A DNA stretch of 35,758 nucleotides from a virus. Its lineage: Duplodnaviria; Caudoviricetes. The stretch is from the IMG/VR virus record IMGVR_UViG_3300037478_000503, positions 1-35,758 of that record. One strand, 5' to 3'. Both the position numbers and the translations under genes were made by a program. Of the stretch, positions 13,996-23,344 are shown piece after piece. The first letter of the stretch is position 1. The number at the start of each line of letters is the position of its first letter. The notes under the pieces were generated by a model that saw only the letters and a program-made list of their open reading frames with translations, was not told the DNA's origin and searched no databases.

Positions 13996-15842
13996 AGCAG
14001 GCTCAGACCTGACCGTCTTTTACGGTTGGTGAGAAGCCGGTCCAGTTCGGCGGCAAGCTGCGCTTCGCTGCCGACAAACCCTTGGACGACGACCGTCAGA
14101 CCCCCCCCGCCGCCCGTCGTAATCTGGTCGTTCGGAGTGATATGCCCCGACCCAGATCCCATCTGCAACAGTTCCGGGCCCTCCTCACCGACCACATACG
14201 TTTCCCCGGATGAGACCGGACCGCCACGCGCCCTGTTACCACCAAAATCATGGCCAGGAGTGTCCCCCGAAAACCTGGTACCCACACGGATGGTCTTATC
14301 GGAAAACTGGAAAGCGTTAACCCGTTCGAACTCTTCAATAATTGTGTCGATCTGCTCCTGGGTGAGAACCCCCATTGCGGTCAGATTCGCCCGGAACTCT
14401 CCCTCGGTAAGACCTGACTGGTCGGCGACCGCCAGCTGCGCCTCCTTCAGATTGAACGCCTCCTCAGCGAGACTTGAGACGGCGGCCACATATTCGGGAC
14501 TGTTCCTCCCGAACTCGTCCTCAGCGTCGATAACCGCCTGCTTGGCATCCGCTACGTCTTTGGTCTGGCGGGCCAGGTTGAACAGCGGATCCGTCTGGGA
14601 CACAACCTCCTCTTTGAACAATTCCAAGGCGGTCTTCGCATCCTCTGCCGCCTCACCCAGATCGCCGGTGGCATCCGCTGCATCTTCCACCGATTCGGTC
14701 ATATCGTCTGATGCGTCCCGGACCGGATGGATCCCCTGATCCCGGGCCGACCGGGCCGCCGAAACCAGCTTGTCTTCAAGCAACTGGTTCAGTTCGTCGA
14801 TCTCATCCTGAGTGAACCCAAGAGAAGTCAGAAAGTCGTCGTCGGCGTCGCGGAGTTTCTGAATCTCGTCGGTTGCCAGTGGGACAACACCGACCAGCTC
14901 CTCCATGTCCCCGCCGAACTCTTTCAGCAGGGTCAGCAGCGCTGCACCCGTATTCGCCGTCTGACCGGTAGCCGTTTCGAACTGGCGGATATGCGATTCC
15001 GCTTCGCCGATCTGGCCGGTCGTCTCCATGAACTGGGTGGCGAGAATCCCCATGTTCGTAGTAGCCGCACCCATGATCGGCACGGCAGCCTCCATGACCG
15101 GAGCGAACCCCTCCCCGATTACGGCTTTCGCATTCTCAGTTTCCGCAGCAACAATCCGAGTCTTATTCGCCAGATCGTCCGACGTGTTCGCAAAGTCGCC
15201 GGCCGTCTTATTCGTCTGCTCCATCAGCGAGTCGTAGCGGGCGAGAATCTTCTCCTGCTCGCTGAGCTTCCCGCTGGAATCCCCCAATCCCATTGCCAAG
15301 CCATGCGCCGTGACCGCAGCAGCGGACAGGTCCAAACCGTATCTCCTAAGCGGTTCGGTCTCACCGGCCAAACCAGACTGGAACAGTCGGGCAGCTTCGG
15401 CCACGTCCAGGTTCATCACCGACGCAAAGTCGGCGATCCGAGTCGTCAGAGTGTCGATCGTTCCGGCCACATCACCGGAATCCCCGGCGATCGTCTGCGC
15501 GAACGCTGACATTTGCACGGCCAACGAGTTGAATTCGGCGTTGGACAGGCCGACCGACTGGGCCGCCTCTTCGCCGAGCTGTTTCACCTCGTCGGACGCA
15601 TCCCCGAACGTGACCTGAACCGCGTTCATCGACTCGTTCAAATCCGAAAAAGCGCGGATAGAATCCCGAGCAAAGTCGACAACCTTCGTGACGGCCAGAG
15701 CGCCAGCCATAAACCCGGCCATCTTCGAGAAGGCTTTACCGGTCTTCCCCGTCTCGTCGGCCACACCCTTCAGCGCAGCCCGAGCCTTCTTATCATCTAC
15801 GACAACGTCGATTTCGACGTTACGTTTGCGGCTAGTCGCCAC
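13992..15842 (-). CDS. Tape measure protein
   Basis: ~616-aa Ala-rich helical protein; GETEPLRRYG, RARGGPVSSGETYVVGEEGPEL; GGAGG plus GTG start. Confidence 0.93.
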   Translation of the reverse strand: MATSRKRNVEIDVVVDDKKARAALKGVADETGKTGKAFSKMAGFMAGALAVTKVVDFARDSIRAFSDLNESMNAVQVTFGDASDEVKQLGEEAAQSVGLSNAEFNSLAVQMSAFAQTIAGDSGDVAGTIDTLTTRIADFASVMNLDVAEAARLFQSGLAGETEPLRRYGLDLSAAAVTAHGLAMGLGDSSGKLSEQEKILARYDSLMEQTNKTAGDFANTSDDLANKTRIVAAETENAKAVIGEGFAPVMEAAVPIMGAATTNMGILATQFMETTGQIGEAESHIRQFETATGQTANTGAALLTLLKEFGGDMEELVGVVPLATDEIQKLRDADDDFLTSLGFTQDEIDELNQLLEDKLVSAARSARDQGIHPVRDASDDMTESVEDAADATGDLGEAAEDAKTALELFKEEVVSQTDPLFNLARQTKDVADAKQAVIDAEDEFGRNSPEYVAAVSSLAEEAFNLKEAQLAVADQSGLTEGEFRANLTAMGVLTQEQIDTIIEEFERVNAFQFSDKTIRVGTRFSGDTPGHDFGGNRARGGPVSSGETYVVGEEGPELLQMGSGSGHITPNDQITTGGGGGLTVVVQGFVGSEAQLAAELDRLLTNRKRRSGLSLL

Positions 15843-16134
15843 TAGCCACCGCCTCAGCAGCGACCGGAGTCGACGGCGGACGCGACCCCACGGGAGCAAA
15901 GGCCCCACCATCCTGATAGAAGCCACGGCCTATCAGAAAGTCCATCATCTGCCTGTGAATACCGACGGATAAGTCCCAATAGCCATCCACCGTGACTTGC
16001 GGAAAGTGGAACAAGACGACAATGCGAGTCGCGTGAAACCATGCTCCCTTGTCTTCCACAAGGTCGCACGCCTCGGCCAACGTGACATCGGCTAACGGGA
16101 TGCGGGCGTAAATACCGTCAGGCACGTCAGCCAT
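15832..16134 (-). CDS. Putative tail assembly chaperone
   Basis: Immediately upstream of tape measure; YWDL...MMDF resembles gpT-like C-termini. Confidence 0.5.
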   Translation of the reverse strand: MADVPDGIYARIPLADVTLAEACDLVEDKGAWFHATRIVVLFHFPQVTVDGYWDLSVGIHRQMMDFLIGRGFYQDGGAFAPVGSRPPSTPVAAEAVASGD

Positions 16135-16184
16135 GGGTGGAACCCCCTATAGACAAACCCCCGTCCAGCCGATAGAACAGGGGT

Positions 16185-16379
16185 ATGGAACTAGTAAGAG
16201 CTATCGGCGGGATCAGCTGGGTAGTCGGACTTTTCACCCTGCTCATATCCCCAACATTCGGACTTCTCATCATCGGCGTGGCCGCCCTGCTCACCGTCTG
16301 GTCCGTGTCGAAAACACGGGAACAGCGGCATCAGGAGCTGGTCCGGTCAGTCAGGGAAGGCAGCGGCAAGCCCGTCTAG
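16185..16379 (+). CDS. Small two-TM membrane protein (moron)
   Basis: Opposite strand within tail genes; TAGACA(16150)-N17-TAGAAC-N6-ATG. Confidence 0.75.
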   Translation: MELVRAIGGISWVVGLFTLLISPTFGLLIIGVAALLTVWSVSKTREQRHQELVRSVREGSGKPV

Positions 16380-16805
16380 CCAGGCGTCCGCATACTCGTC
16401 CAAAGCGAACCCGTCCGCCACCTCGCGGAGGGCAGGGCCCAGCCCGTACAGATCTTCCGGCGACCATGAATTGCCCAGCCAGGGAAGCCACGGCCCATGA
16501 CCGGACACGTTCCGGCCGAACACCTTGTGGCTGAGTGTGCCGAACACGTTCGCCCGGATCGTGGCGTTCCCACCCGACAAGATGACAGTTCCCCGATCTT
16601 GCCTGCGTCCAGCCTTCAAGCCGCTAGCAGCCTTCGATCCACCTGGCGACGGTAACCCCACGATGGCGGGTTTGCCCTTAGCAACCACCTTCTCGGTTAC
16701 GGTCCGGTGCGCCTTTACCAATGTTTTCGCCAGCCGCGGGTCGATACGACGCAGCTCCCGGCGGAGTTCGTCCAACCCGCGGATGACAACCTGAGTGTCA
16801 GCCAC
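16347..16805 (-). CDS. Neck/tail-completion protein (HK97 gp10-like)
   Basis: VVIRGLDELRRELRR N-terminus; basic protein. Confidence 0.65.
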   Translation of the reverse strand: MADTQVVIRGLDELRRELRRIDPRLAKTLVKAHRTVTEKVVAKGKPAIVGLPSPGGSKAASGLKAGRRQDRGTVILSGGNATIRANVFGTLSHKVFGRNVSGHGPWLPWLGNSWSPEDLYGLGPALREVADGFALDEYADAWLDGLAAAFPD

Positions 16806-17203
16806 TATGAGCTGAACGTGCCCCGAGTGGTGGCACCGGACCGTTGCAGGCTGATCGAAAAGCCGACCCGCCCACCGACCGGCATGTCAATGTTGTAGGA
16901 GGTGAGGATCGCGTTGAACGTGTATGAGACCATCCCGTTCGCCGACCCGGCAGGACCGACAATCACTTCGACGACAGCACCATCATCCCAGTCGGCTACG
17001 AAACCGTCGCCGGTCGCATCCCAATGTCCACCACCAGATACGGTGGAGTCGCGGAGTCCGGGAATGTACTCCTTGTCGTCGTCGCCGAAAGCGGTCACTT
17101 CGGCGGTTTCGACCATCTTGTCGAGTGTCGCCGAATCCAAGTAGACGGAAACGTCGTCTGAGTCGATCGACACGTACGCGTTAGAACCATGGGCAGCAGC
17201 CAT
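16805..17203 (-). CDS. Major tail (tube) protein
   Basis: AEVTAFGDDDKEYIPGLRDSTVSGGGHWD...FSISLQRSG; AAAGGAG SD. Confidence 0.85.
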   Translation of the reverse strand: MAAAHGSNAYVSIDSDDVSVYLDSATLDKMVETAEVTAFGDDDKEYIPGLRDSTVSGGGHWDATGDGFVADWDDGAVVEVIVGPAGSANGMVSYTFNAILTSYNIDMPVGGRVGFSISLQRSGATTRGTFSS

Positions 17204-17227
17204 TGACTGCTCCTTTCAGTAGAGGGG

Positions 17228-17944
17228 TTAGGCCCGCCGATTACGGGCGAAACTGCAAGAGATACTCATGCTGGTAAAATCATCAGCGGTGATCGCGAAA
17301 CGTAGGTACTGGTCGATCTGGCCGGGCACCTTGACCCGCTCCGAACCGACACCGGCAATCTCAGCGAACGTGATCAGGTCCGCCCAGTCAGTGTCGTTCG
17401 CCGAATCCTGAACCTTCACAGTGCCGGAAGTTCCGGAGAAGGCGGTCACATGAATATGGCCGACCCCGCCGAACGCCGACGATGCAAGATTGTTGACCGA
17501 TGTTCCGTTGAACGTGGTCGTCTCCGCTTCGAGCGGTTGGAGGAACACGCCGGCAACCCTCACCCCGCCGTTCGCTGTTGCACCGGCAGTGATCCGGACA
17601 GCATCGTTAACGGTGGGTCGAATCTGATAGCCAGTGTTCAACGCTTGGAGGAGGATGGCCGGCCCGCCCAACGTGGCGGATCCGCCAATCCCGATGGTGA
17701 TAACCGAGTCGGTACCGAGCGCAGCCTCGAGGGTGGCGTCGACCGCTCCCGCATCACCATCCCAAATCCCGTTCAGCGAGAGACTGCCGGATCCTTGTCC
17801 GGCGATATACAGTTTGTCGTCGTTGCCGAACGTGGTCGTGTTCACCACCTGCGCCTGTTTGACCACTGACGCCTGGGTGAAATATTGGGACACGTCGAAC
17901 TCGTCGAGAAGGACTGAACCTTTGGAACCGTGGACGGCGGCCAT
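17228..17944 (-). CDS. Second tail-tube paralog with C-terminal extra domain
   Basis: TTTFGNDDKLYIAGQGSGSLSLNGIWD aligns with the 132-aa tube; ~100-aa beta-rich extension. Confidence 0.75.
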   Translation of the reverse strand: MAAVHGSKGSVLLDEFDVSQYFTQASVVKQAQVVNTTTFGNDDKLYIAGQGSGSLSLNGIWDGDAGAVDATLEAALGTDSVITIGIGGSATLGGPAILLQALNTGYQIRPTVNDAVRITAGATANGGVRVAGVFLQPLEAETTTFNGTSVNNLASSAFGGVGHIHVTAFSGTSGTVKVQDSANDTDWADLITFAEIAGVGSERVKVPGQIDQYLRFAITADDFTSMSISCSFARNRRA

Positions 17945-18103
17945 TTACGCCTCCTCTACTTTCCGACCGAACCAGCTGTCGGGCAGCTGATCGTTGAACC
18001 GGACGGGGATCAGAAATCCGGGTTCGACCCGATGTTCACTGTCGCCGTCTTTCAGGTTGAGCCCTACCAGCGCGCGGTAACGGATCTGCTTCTCTTCGGT
18101 CAC
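17945..18103 (-). CDS. Small virion-region protein (52 aa)
   Basis: GTG; MTEEKQIRYRALVGLNLKDGDSEHRVEPG...; AGGAG SD. Confidence 0.7.
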   Translation of the reverse strand: MTEEKQIRYRALVGLNLKDGDSEHRVEPGFLIPVRFNDQLPDSWFGRKVEEA

Positions 18104-18112
18104 AGGAGTCTC

Positions 18113-18565
18113 CTACAAGTTTGCGGTGGCGGTAACGGTCGCTTCGATCATCACGCCGACCCGGTTGTCCGAGGCGAACGGGACCGATTCGAATGCGGCA
18201 ACATCGGCGAACATGACCGTGGAAGACACCGACGACGAAGCACGCAGCCCGTTCTCCACAGCTGAGAAGATGACTTCCGCCCGCTCCTCACACAGTTTCA
18301 TGTCGTCGTTGTCGCCGCCCGGTTTCGACGCCACCACAAACAGTTCAACTTCGATCTCCTCGTCGACCAGACGTGACGCACCGCCCATCCCCAACGGCTC
18401 CTGGTCAACCCGGATACGTCCCAGGTAGATCCGATCATCAAACGACACTTCCCCGAGCGGAGGAAAGTCGGTGACCACCACACCGGTAATCGACTGGGTG
18501 GTCAGCCGAGCGTTGATCAGGGTGACCAGAGCTGTGCGAATATCCTGAAACTTCGAGGAGCTCAC
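18113..18565 (-). CDS. Tail terminator-like protein
   Basis: Between adaptor and tail tube; acidic alpha/beta pattern; GTGA overlap. Confidence 0.65.
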   Translation of the reverse strand: MSSSKFQDIRTALVTLINARLTTQSITGVVVTDFPPLGEVSFDDRIYLGRIRVDQEPLGMGGASRLVDEEIEVELFVVASKPGGDNDDMKLCEERAEVIFSAVENGLRASSSVSSTVMFADVAAFESVPFASDNRVGVMIEATVTATANL

Positions 18566-19491
18566 CCGACGAGCACCTTGTGATTGTGAGCCTGAACCCA
18601 CTGATTCACTTCGGGTACCCGCGACACGTTCTTCATGGGTCCGCCCGGCTGGACCAGCTGCATCGACCCATAGTCACCGTCGATGCGGAGGGCCCGGTCC
18701 GGATAGGCGGACGGGACCAGCCGGTCAACAAGAATCTTCATAGCAATCCGGTCCACCCCGTCGACCAGATACGGCGGACCGTAAACGAATTCGACAACCA
18801 CGTTGTACGGGTCGGCGACCGTCGCAGCCGTCCACACTCCCGCCTTATGGATCAGGTTCTCCCGTATCGGATCTATCTCAATGTTGGACAGGGTGACCGC
18901 TGTCCCGCCCACCGACGCGGAGAGAAGAACGGCAATATCGTTGGACCGTCCGGGCGCGTTCAACACGTATCCGTCGGATGTGCGGCAGACACCCTTACGG
19001 AGTTGCAGACTGGAGGTTCCGTTACCGGACAACTCGACTCTGGCATACCGGGGGATCCATGAGCGGCCCGTCCAATATTCCAGGTCGTCTGCAATACGGG
19101 TCCGCTCGTCAGCGATGATCGCATCCGGATATTCAGTTTCGGAGGCGAGCGGTTTCAACGCTGACGTCGCATCCGCCTTCGCTGCAAACGAGCGGGCTTG
19201 AGATTCGGTGAACAGCCAGTTGCCGACCAGTTCAACCCGATCAGTCAGATCCGCACCCGTCGACGTACGAGTCCAGGTGATGACCAGATGGTTCGGGTTT
19301 GCCTGATCGGCCAGCGAATAGGAGTAGGTGCCGTCCGCATTGTTCGTAGTGGCCGTACCGGCAGCGACCACTTCGGTGCCGTTCCCATCGACAATCCCGA
19401 CAGTCACCGTTCCAACATCGGTGGGAGATCCGTCCACATACCACGTTTTGGTTAGAGCGTATGGTCCGGCGCCGGCGAGAAGCTGCATCAT
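18562..19491 (-). CDS. Head-tail adaptor (with N-terminal extra domain)
   Basis: LEYWTGRSWIPR...VEFVYG...IPEV-like adaptor pattern; N-terminal ADGTYSY baseplate-upper-like region. Confidence 0.7.
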   Translation of the reverse strand: MMQLLAGAGPYALTKTWYVDGSPTDVGTVTVGIVDGNGTEVVAAGTATTNNADGTYSYSLADQANPNHLVITWTRTSTGADLTDRVELVGNWLFTESQARSFAAKADATSALKPLASETEYPDAIIADERTRIADDLEYWTGRSWIPRYARVELSGNGTSSLQLRKGVCRTSDGYVLNAPGRSNDIAVLLSASVGGTAVTLSNIEIDPIRENLIHKAGVWTAATVADPYNVVVEFVYGPPYLVDGVDRIAMKILVDRLVPSAYPDRALRIDGDYGSMQLVQPGGPMKNVSRVPEVNQWVQAHNHKVLVG

Positions 19492-20993
19492 CCTTGGGAA
19501 CCTCCTGTAAGACCACCGGACGACTGCCCACCGGCAAGATCTCCGAATTGGACTGCGACGATCAGGCCGCCCTCCTGGAAGGTGCCGGATCCGCCGATTT
19601 CGACACCTGACGCCTGCGGGATGGTGATGAGCATCGCTATAACACCAGGGCTGACTTCGGCGGGCCCCTGGACGGTCACTCCGGGCAGGTCAAATGTTGC
19701 GGCGAGTCCATCGGGTTCGACAACTGTCCCGCCGGTTGTGACCGTGGGGGCTGGAATGGTGACGGTCGCAGCAACAGTCTGCGGCGTAGTAGCGGCAGGA
19801 GTGCCAACAGACGCCTGCGGGACGGTGAACGCTCGGGCTATCGCATCGGGAGTGACGGTCGCGCCGAACGCTGCGGTCACCTGGGGGAGGGTGAAACTTC
19901 GGCTGATCGTATCCGGGTTAACAACTGCGGCTCCGCCTGCAATCACGGTTACGGCCGGAATGGTGAACGACAGGTTTGCGGCGGCGGGAGAGGCCACCCC
20001 CCCTCCCTCGAGTGTGACCTGAGGGATAGCGAAAGATGCTGCAATCTGTGCCGGTCCTGTAACCGATGCGCCTCCCGCGGTGGCGGCGGGGAGGGTGAAT
20101 GATCGGAGGATCGCATCTGGCGTGACCGACCCTGGTGTTCCTCCAGCTCCGCCGTCCGCTGTCGCCTGCGGGACGGTGACCGTAAGGGCCAACGATCCGG
20201 GGGTGACCACGGAACCCCCGGAGACGGTCACGGCGGGGGTTGTGGCAGCCGTAGCGACTGTTGCTGGCGTAGTAGTCGCGGAACCCTGAGCGGACGGTGA
20301 CAGCGTTGTAAACGACCGGACGATAGCTGCTGGAGCGGTAGCCGCACCACCCTCCACGCTGGCGGCAGGAACTGTGAAGGCTCGGGCTATCGCTGCCGGG
20401 GTGGCTGAACCTGGCGTCCCCCCGCCCAAATCTCCGCCATCGAAGCTATCAACCCTGACTCGGCGGGCGGTGTGCGTATGGTATGCCCCTACGCCGACAT
20501 AGGCACCCGAAGCGATACTGGTGTTCGTGACACTAATTTCCTCAACGTCGTTGAAGAAGCCTCGGATCGTGGACCCTTCGGCTTCGATGCGGATGGTGTG
20601 CGGGTCAGTGTCAAGCCCGCCCACCCCAGTAGCGCTGGTGATCTCGGTGAACGTCCCGGCGTTGCACCGATACAACGTCAACTCACCGCTCGAAGCAGGG
20701 TTCCAGTCGATCCGGTAGAACGTCGCCTCCGACGCCGACACTCGGACCATCACCGACGCTTCACGGTAGGTGGCGGTCGTACCATCATTGACGAACTCTG
20801 CCTCGCAGAATTGGTCGTCCGAGTCGAGCGCAGTCGTATGGCGAGCCTGTGTGACCGTCGAGTTGGCAGGGGCGGTTACCAGACCCGAAACGACATCCAG
20901 ATCAGCCAGGCCGGTTACGGGAGCCCACACCCCCGAAGACACCGTTGCCAGCACACCGTTGCTGTAGGTAAAGGTGTCAGATACCGTCGCCAT
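19488..20993 (-). CDS. Virion fibre protein: ConA/laminin-G-like domain plus ~12 repeats of ~22 aa
   Basis: HTIRIEAEGSTIRGFFND...GAYVGV...VDSFDGG followed by TPxxIxRxFTxPxxxxxGG repeats. Confidence 0.7.
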   Translation of the reverse strand: MATVSDTFTYSNGVLATVSSGVWAPVTGLADLDVVSGLVTAPANSTVTQARHTTALDSDDQFCEAEFVNDGTTATYREASVMVRVSASEATFYRIDWNPASSGELTLYRCNAGTFTEITSATGVGGLDTDPHTIRIEAEGSTIRGFFNDVEEISVTNTSIASGAYVGVGAYHTHTARRVRVDSFDGGDLGGGTPGSATPAAIARAFTVPAASVEGGAATAPAAIVRSFTTLSPSAQGSATTTPATVATAATTPAVTVSGGSVVTPGSLALTVTVPQATADGGAGGTPGSVTPDAILRSFTLPAATAGGASVTGPAQIAASFAIPQVTLEGGGVASPAAANLSFTIPAVTVIAGGAAVVNPDTISRSFTLPQVTAAFGATVTPDAIARAFTVPQASVGTPAATTPQTVAATVTIPAPTVTTGGTVVEPDGLAATFDLPGVTVQGPAEVSPGVIAMLITIPQASGVEIGGSGTFQEGGLIVAVQFGDLAGGQSSGGLTGGSQG

Positions 20994-21021
20994 TTAGATC
21001 AGCTCCAATCCAGAGGAGGGG

Positions 21022-22119
21022 TTAGATCGGCTCTAGCGACGGCCAGTAGTAGTTGCCCTCCGAAAGGTTGCCCGGATCAGAAGCGTCGAAACCGGTGATG
21101 TTCCCCGCCCGGCCACAAATATCGAACGGTGCCACATAGGACGGGTCGAAACCGTTGTCCAGGATACGAACGTTCGCTGTGTCGGTCTGATCGTGGGTTG
21201 ACCCGCCGTAGACGCAGTATCCGGCCTGCCCACCAAACAGATTGTCTTGAACCAGCACATCATGGACCGGCGACGGGTACCCGTAGATGGCCAGAGCGGC
21301 GGAACAGCCGGACGGCACATCGCAGATCAGCTTAGAGCGGACCACCGTATGATCCGACCCTCGAAGCAGGACAGCCTCACGGTGGGCACTATCAGAGATC
21401 GGCCTGTCCACAATCAGGATCGAATCCTCGATCAGAGTGTTGCCATAGGAGATGAACCCCTGGCTCATGTTGTGGGCATACACCCGACGCAGCGTCACCC
21501 CATTCGTGTAGGACAATCCTGCCCCTCGGGTTGCATTCGTGGGCAGATTCTGCCCGTCGAACTCAGTGTCCTCCACCACCAGACCAGGATGGTTATCCCG
21601 ATTGTCCAACCCGTAGTTGGTCGTGTAGAGGACCCGACTGTTACGCAGAGTCACATTCGCATGTTTGACAATGAACCTGCCCCGAATCTCCAAGTTCTGC
21701 ACCACCTGGCCGGCGCTCGACGTGGTGAAGTCGCCCGAGTGGACGGTCAGCGTTCCCGAAGGGCCGGGAGGGCTAGTGGGCCAGCCTGCCGTCACAGGAA
21801 GAGTCGAAGACGGAGCTTCCGACGTTGTGATCGTCTCGGGGACAGTGGTTGTCGGAGCCTGAGTTGTGGTGGTGACTTCAGTGGTGGTGGTCGTGGGGGC
21901 AGCCGTGGTGGTCGTTTCGGGGACGACGGTTGTGGACGTCGAAGACGAGAAGACTTCAGCCTCGAGAACGGCCACCCGCGCTTCCAATGCGGCGAACTCG
22001 TCGTAGCCAACCACTTCCACCGGGCCCGACGCGAAAGCCATCCCACCAAGCAGTCCGACGACAAGCAGACCAGAAGCCCAGGCCATTAAGACGCGACGAA
22101 ACTTGGACGATGAAAACAA
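21022..22119 (-). CDS. Secreted protein: signal peptide, Thr/Pro linker, right-handed beta-helix domain
   Basis: GGAGGT SD plus TTG; KFRRVLMAWASGLLVVGLLGGMAFA; TTTTAAPTTTTT; VVQNLEIRG..NVTLRNSRV..VVEDTEFDG..LIEDS..VLVQDNLF. Confidence 0.85.
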   Translation of the reverse strand: MFSSSKFRRVLMAWASGLLVVGLLGGMAFASGPVEVVGYDEFAALEARVAVLEAEVFSSSTSTTVVPETTTTAAPTTTTTEVTTTTQAPTTTVPETITTSEAPSSTLPVTAGWPTSPPGPSGTLTVHSGDFTTSSAGQVVQNLEIRGRFIVKHANVTLRNSRVLYTTNYGLDNRDNHPGLVVEDTEFDGQNLPTNATRGAGLSYTNGVTLRRVYAHNMSQGFISYGNTLIEDSILIVDRPISDSAHREAVLLRGSDHTVVRSKLICDVPSGCSAALAIYGYPSPVHDVLVQDNLFGGQAGYCVYGGSTHDQTDTANVRILDNGFDPSYVAPFDICGRAGNITGFDASDPGNLSEGNYYWPSLEPI

Positions 22120-22120
22120 T

Positions 22121-22181
22121 GCAGGCACCTCCTACAGGGTGTCGGCCAAGGCCCCCGGCATCTCGCGGATGCGCGGGGGCC
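22121..22181. promoter_or_regulatory. Two-hairpin structured element, copy 1
   Basis: GGCACCT-cctaca-GGGTGTCGGC-caa-GGCCCCCG-GCATC-tcgcg-GATGC-G-CGGGGGCC. Confidence 0.75.
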
Positions 22182-22187
22182 GAACAA

Positions 22188-22634
22188 TTAGTAAGTCAAT
22201 GTGAACAGCCCAGACGCATTCCACTGCACGGTGAACGTGCTGTTAGAACACGATGCGGCAGTAACAAAGTCGTGAAGGCAGACAAGCTGGTTCGTGGCCG
22301 AACCCGATACGGTGGTGACCAGGACCGACGCCATCGCATCAGTGATCGTCACATCGTTCGAACCGCCATTGTCGAACACGGTGTCCGCGGCGTCATAGGT
22401 CAGCGTCCCCGACGTGAGGGTGACCTCAGTGGAGCCGACCACGTCGGCCGCATAGTTACCACCGGCAATCTCATCGGTCAGGTCCGCATGGAAATCGTGT
22501 GTGTCGAAGTCCGGCGTGTGAGCGTCCTCCACCAGCGAGAGGGTGTGATCCTCCGCTTCGAGGCTTTCGCCGAGCGTGTCGATCAGCATCTTCTCAATGG
22601 TCAGCCCGTATAGACCGGATGCGGTAATAGACAT
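22188..22634 (-). CDS. Virion structural protein (likely fibre-associated)
   Basis: GGNYAA...TLTYDAADTVF...LHDF...FTVQWNASGLFTL; in the head module upstream of the fibre gene. Confidence 0.7.
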   Translation of the reverse strand: MSITASGLYGLTIEKMLIDTLGESLEAEDHTLSLVEDAHTPDFDTHDFHADLTDEIAGGNYAADVVGSTEVTLTSGTLTYDAADTVFDNGGSNDVTITDAMASVLVTTVSGSATNQLVCLHDFVTAASCSNSTFTVQWNASGLFTLTY

Positions 22635-22843
22635 CAGTTCACCTCAGCTTTCGCACCGATGGCTGCAACGGATGCGCCATCCTTGACAGGGGGGCGGGCG
22701 CCGGACCGGTACGCCTGGCGGAGAGCACGCAACGCCACTCTGTCTTCACTGGTCAACGTGCCAGCCTTCTTCTTCTCAACAAACGCAGCCTCAGCTTCGA
22801 GCAGTTCGAGCTCAGCGCGTTTCCTTGCGATCTTGTCGCTCAT
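22634..22843 (-). CDS. Hypothetical protein
   Basis: MSDKIARKRAELELLEAEAAF...; AAGGAAGG SD; TGATG overlap. Confidence 0.7.
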   Translation of the reverse strand: MSDKIARKRAELELLEAEAAFVEKKKAGTLTSEDRVALRALRQAYRSGARPPVKDGASVAAIGAKAEVN

Positions 22844-23126
22844 TGATACCTTCCTTGATATGTCGGACACCTGTCGGACCGGAGGCCAAATGGAAGTAGC
22901 CCCGGTCGATCATCTCTTTCATGGTCATCGGACGAACATGACCGTCCGGATCTACGAGGTAACGGATCGCCGACGGTGCGGCCAGCGACGACACCCGCCC
23001 CTCCCAGTTCTCAGAGTGGGCGACAATCCCCTGCGGGCTCACCTGCCCGGACTTTGCAACACCTTCAACCGTCGTATTCGTCTTCTGCTTGTAGCGGGCC
23101 AGGTAAAGGAACGGCCGATGCGCCAT
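22812..23126 (-). CDS. Hypothetical protein
   Basis: MAHRPFLYLARYKQK...; GGAG SD. Confidence 0.6.
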   Translation of the reverse strand: MAHRPFLYLARYKQKTNTTVEGVAKSGQVSPQGIVAHSENWEGRVSSLAAPSAIRYLVDPDGHVRPMTMKEMIDRGYFHLASGPTGVRHIKEGINERQDRKETR

Positions 23127-23271
23127 CGAAAAGCTCCAGTCGAATAAACGTGTCGACGCCTTCCCACCCACGGGCGATAATCTGGTCGTAGACCCAATGT
23201 TCAAGCCGGTTAACGCCGTACAGATCCGCGAAGCCGGCGAGCAGCATGAACGCCCGTTTGGCAAGCCACAC
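23065..23271 (-). CDS. Hypothetical protein
   Basis: AAGGAG SD plus GTG; WLAKRAFMLLAGFADLYG. Confidence 0.6.
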   Translation of the reverse strand: MWLAKRAFMLLAGFADLYGVNRLEHWVYDQIIARGWEGVDTFIRLELFDGASAVPLPGPLQAEDEYDG

Positions 23272-23285
23272 GTTCAGCTCCTTCA

Positions 23286-23342
23286 TGTGGAGGGGTGTCG
23301 GAGTGCCACAGAACTGCGCGCGCCGCCGGGCACCCCTCCACA
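23286..23342. repeat. 12-bp inverted repeat (possible terminator after head genes)
   Basis: TGTGGAGGGGTG (23286-23297) / CACCCCTCCACA (23331-23342). Confidence 0.6.
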
Positions 23343-23344
23343 GA

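Noticed and set aside
15832-16346. Programmed -1 frameshift for tail chaperones
   Set aside because: No gpG-like upstream ORF or convincing slippery heptamer found by eye; the upstream space holds a + strand moron
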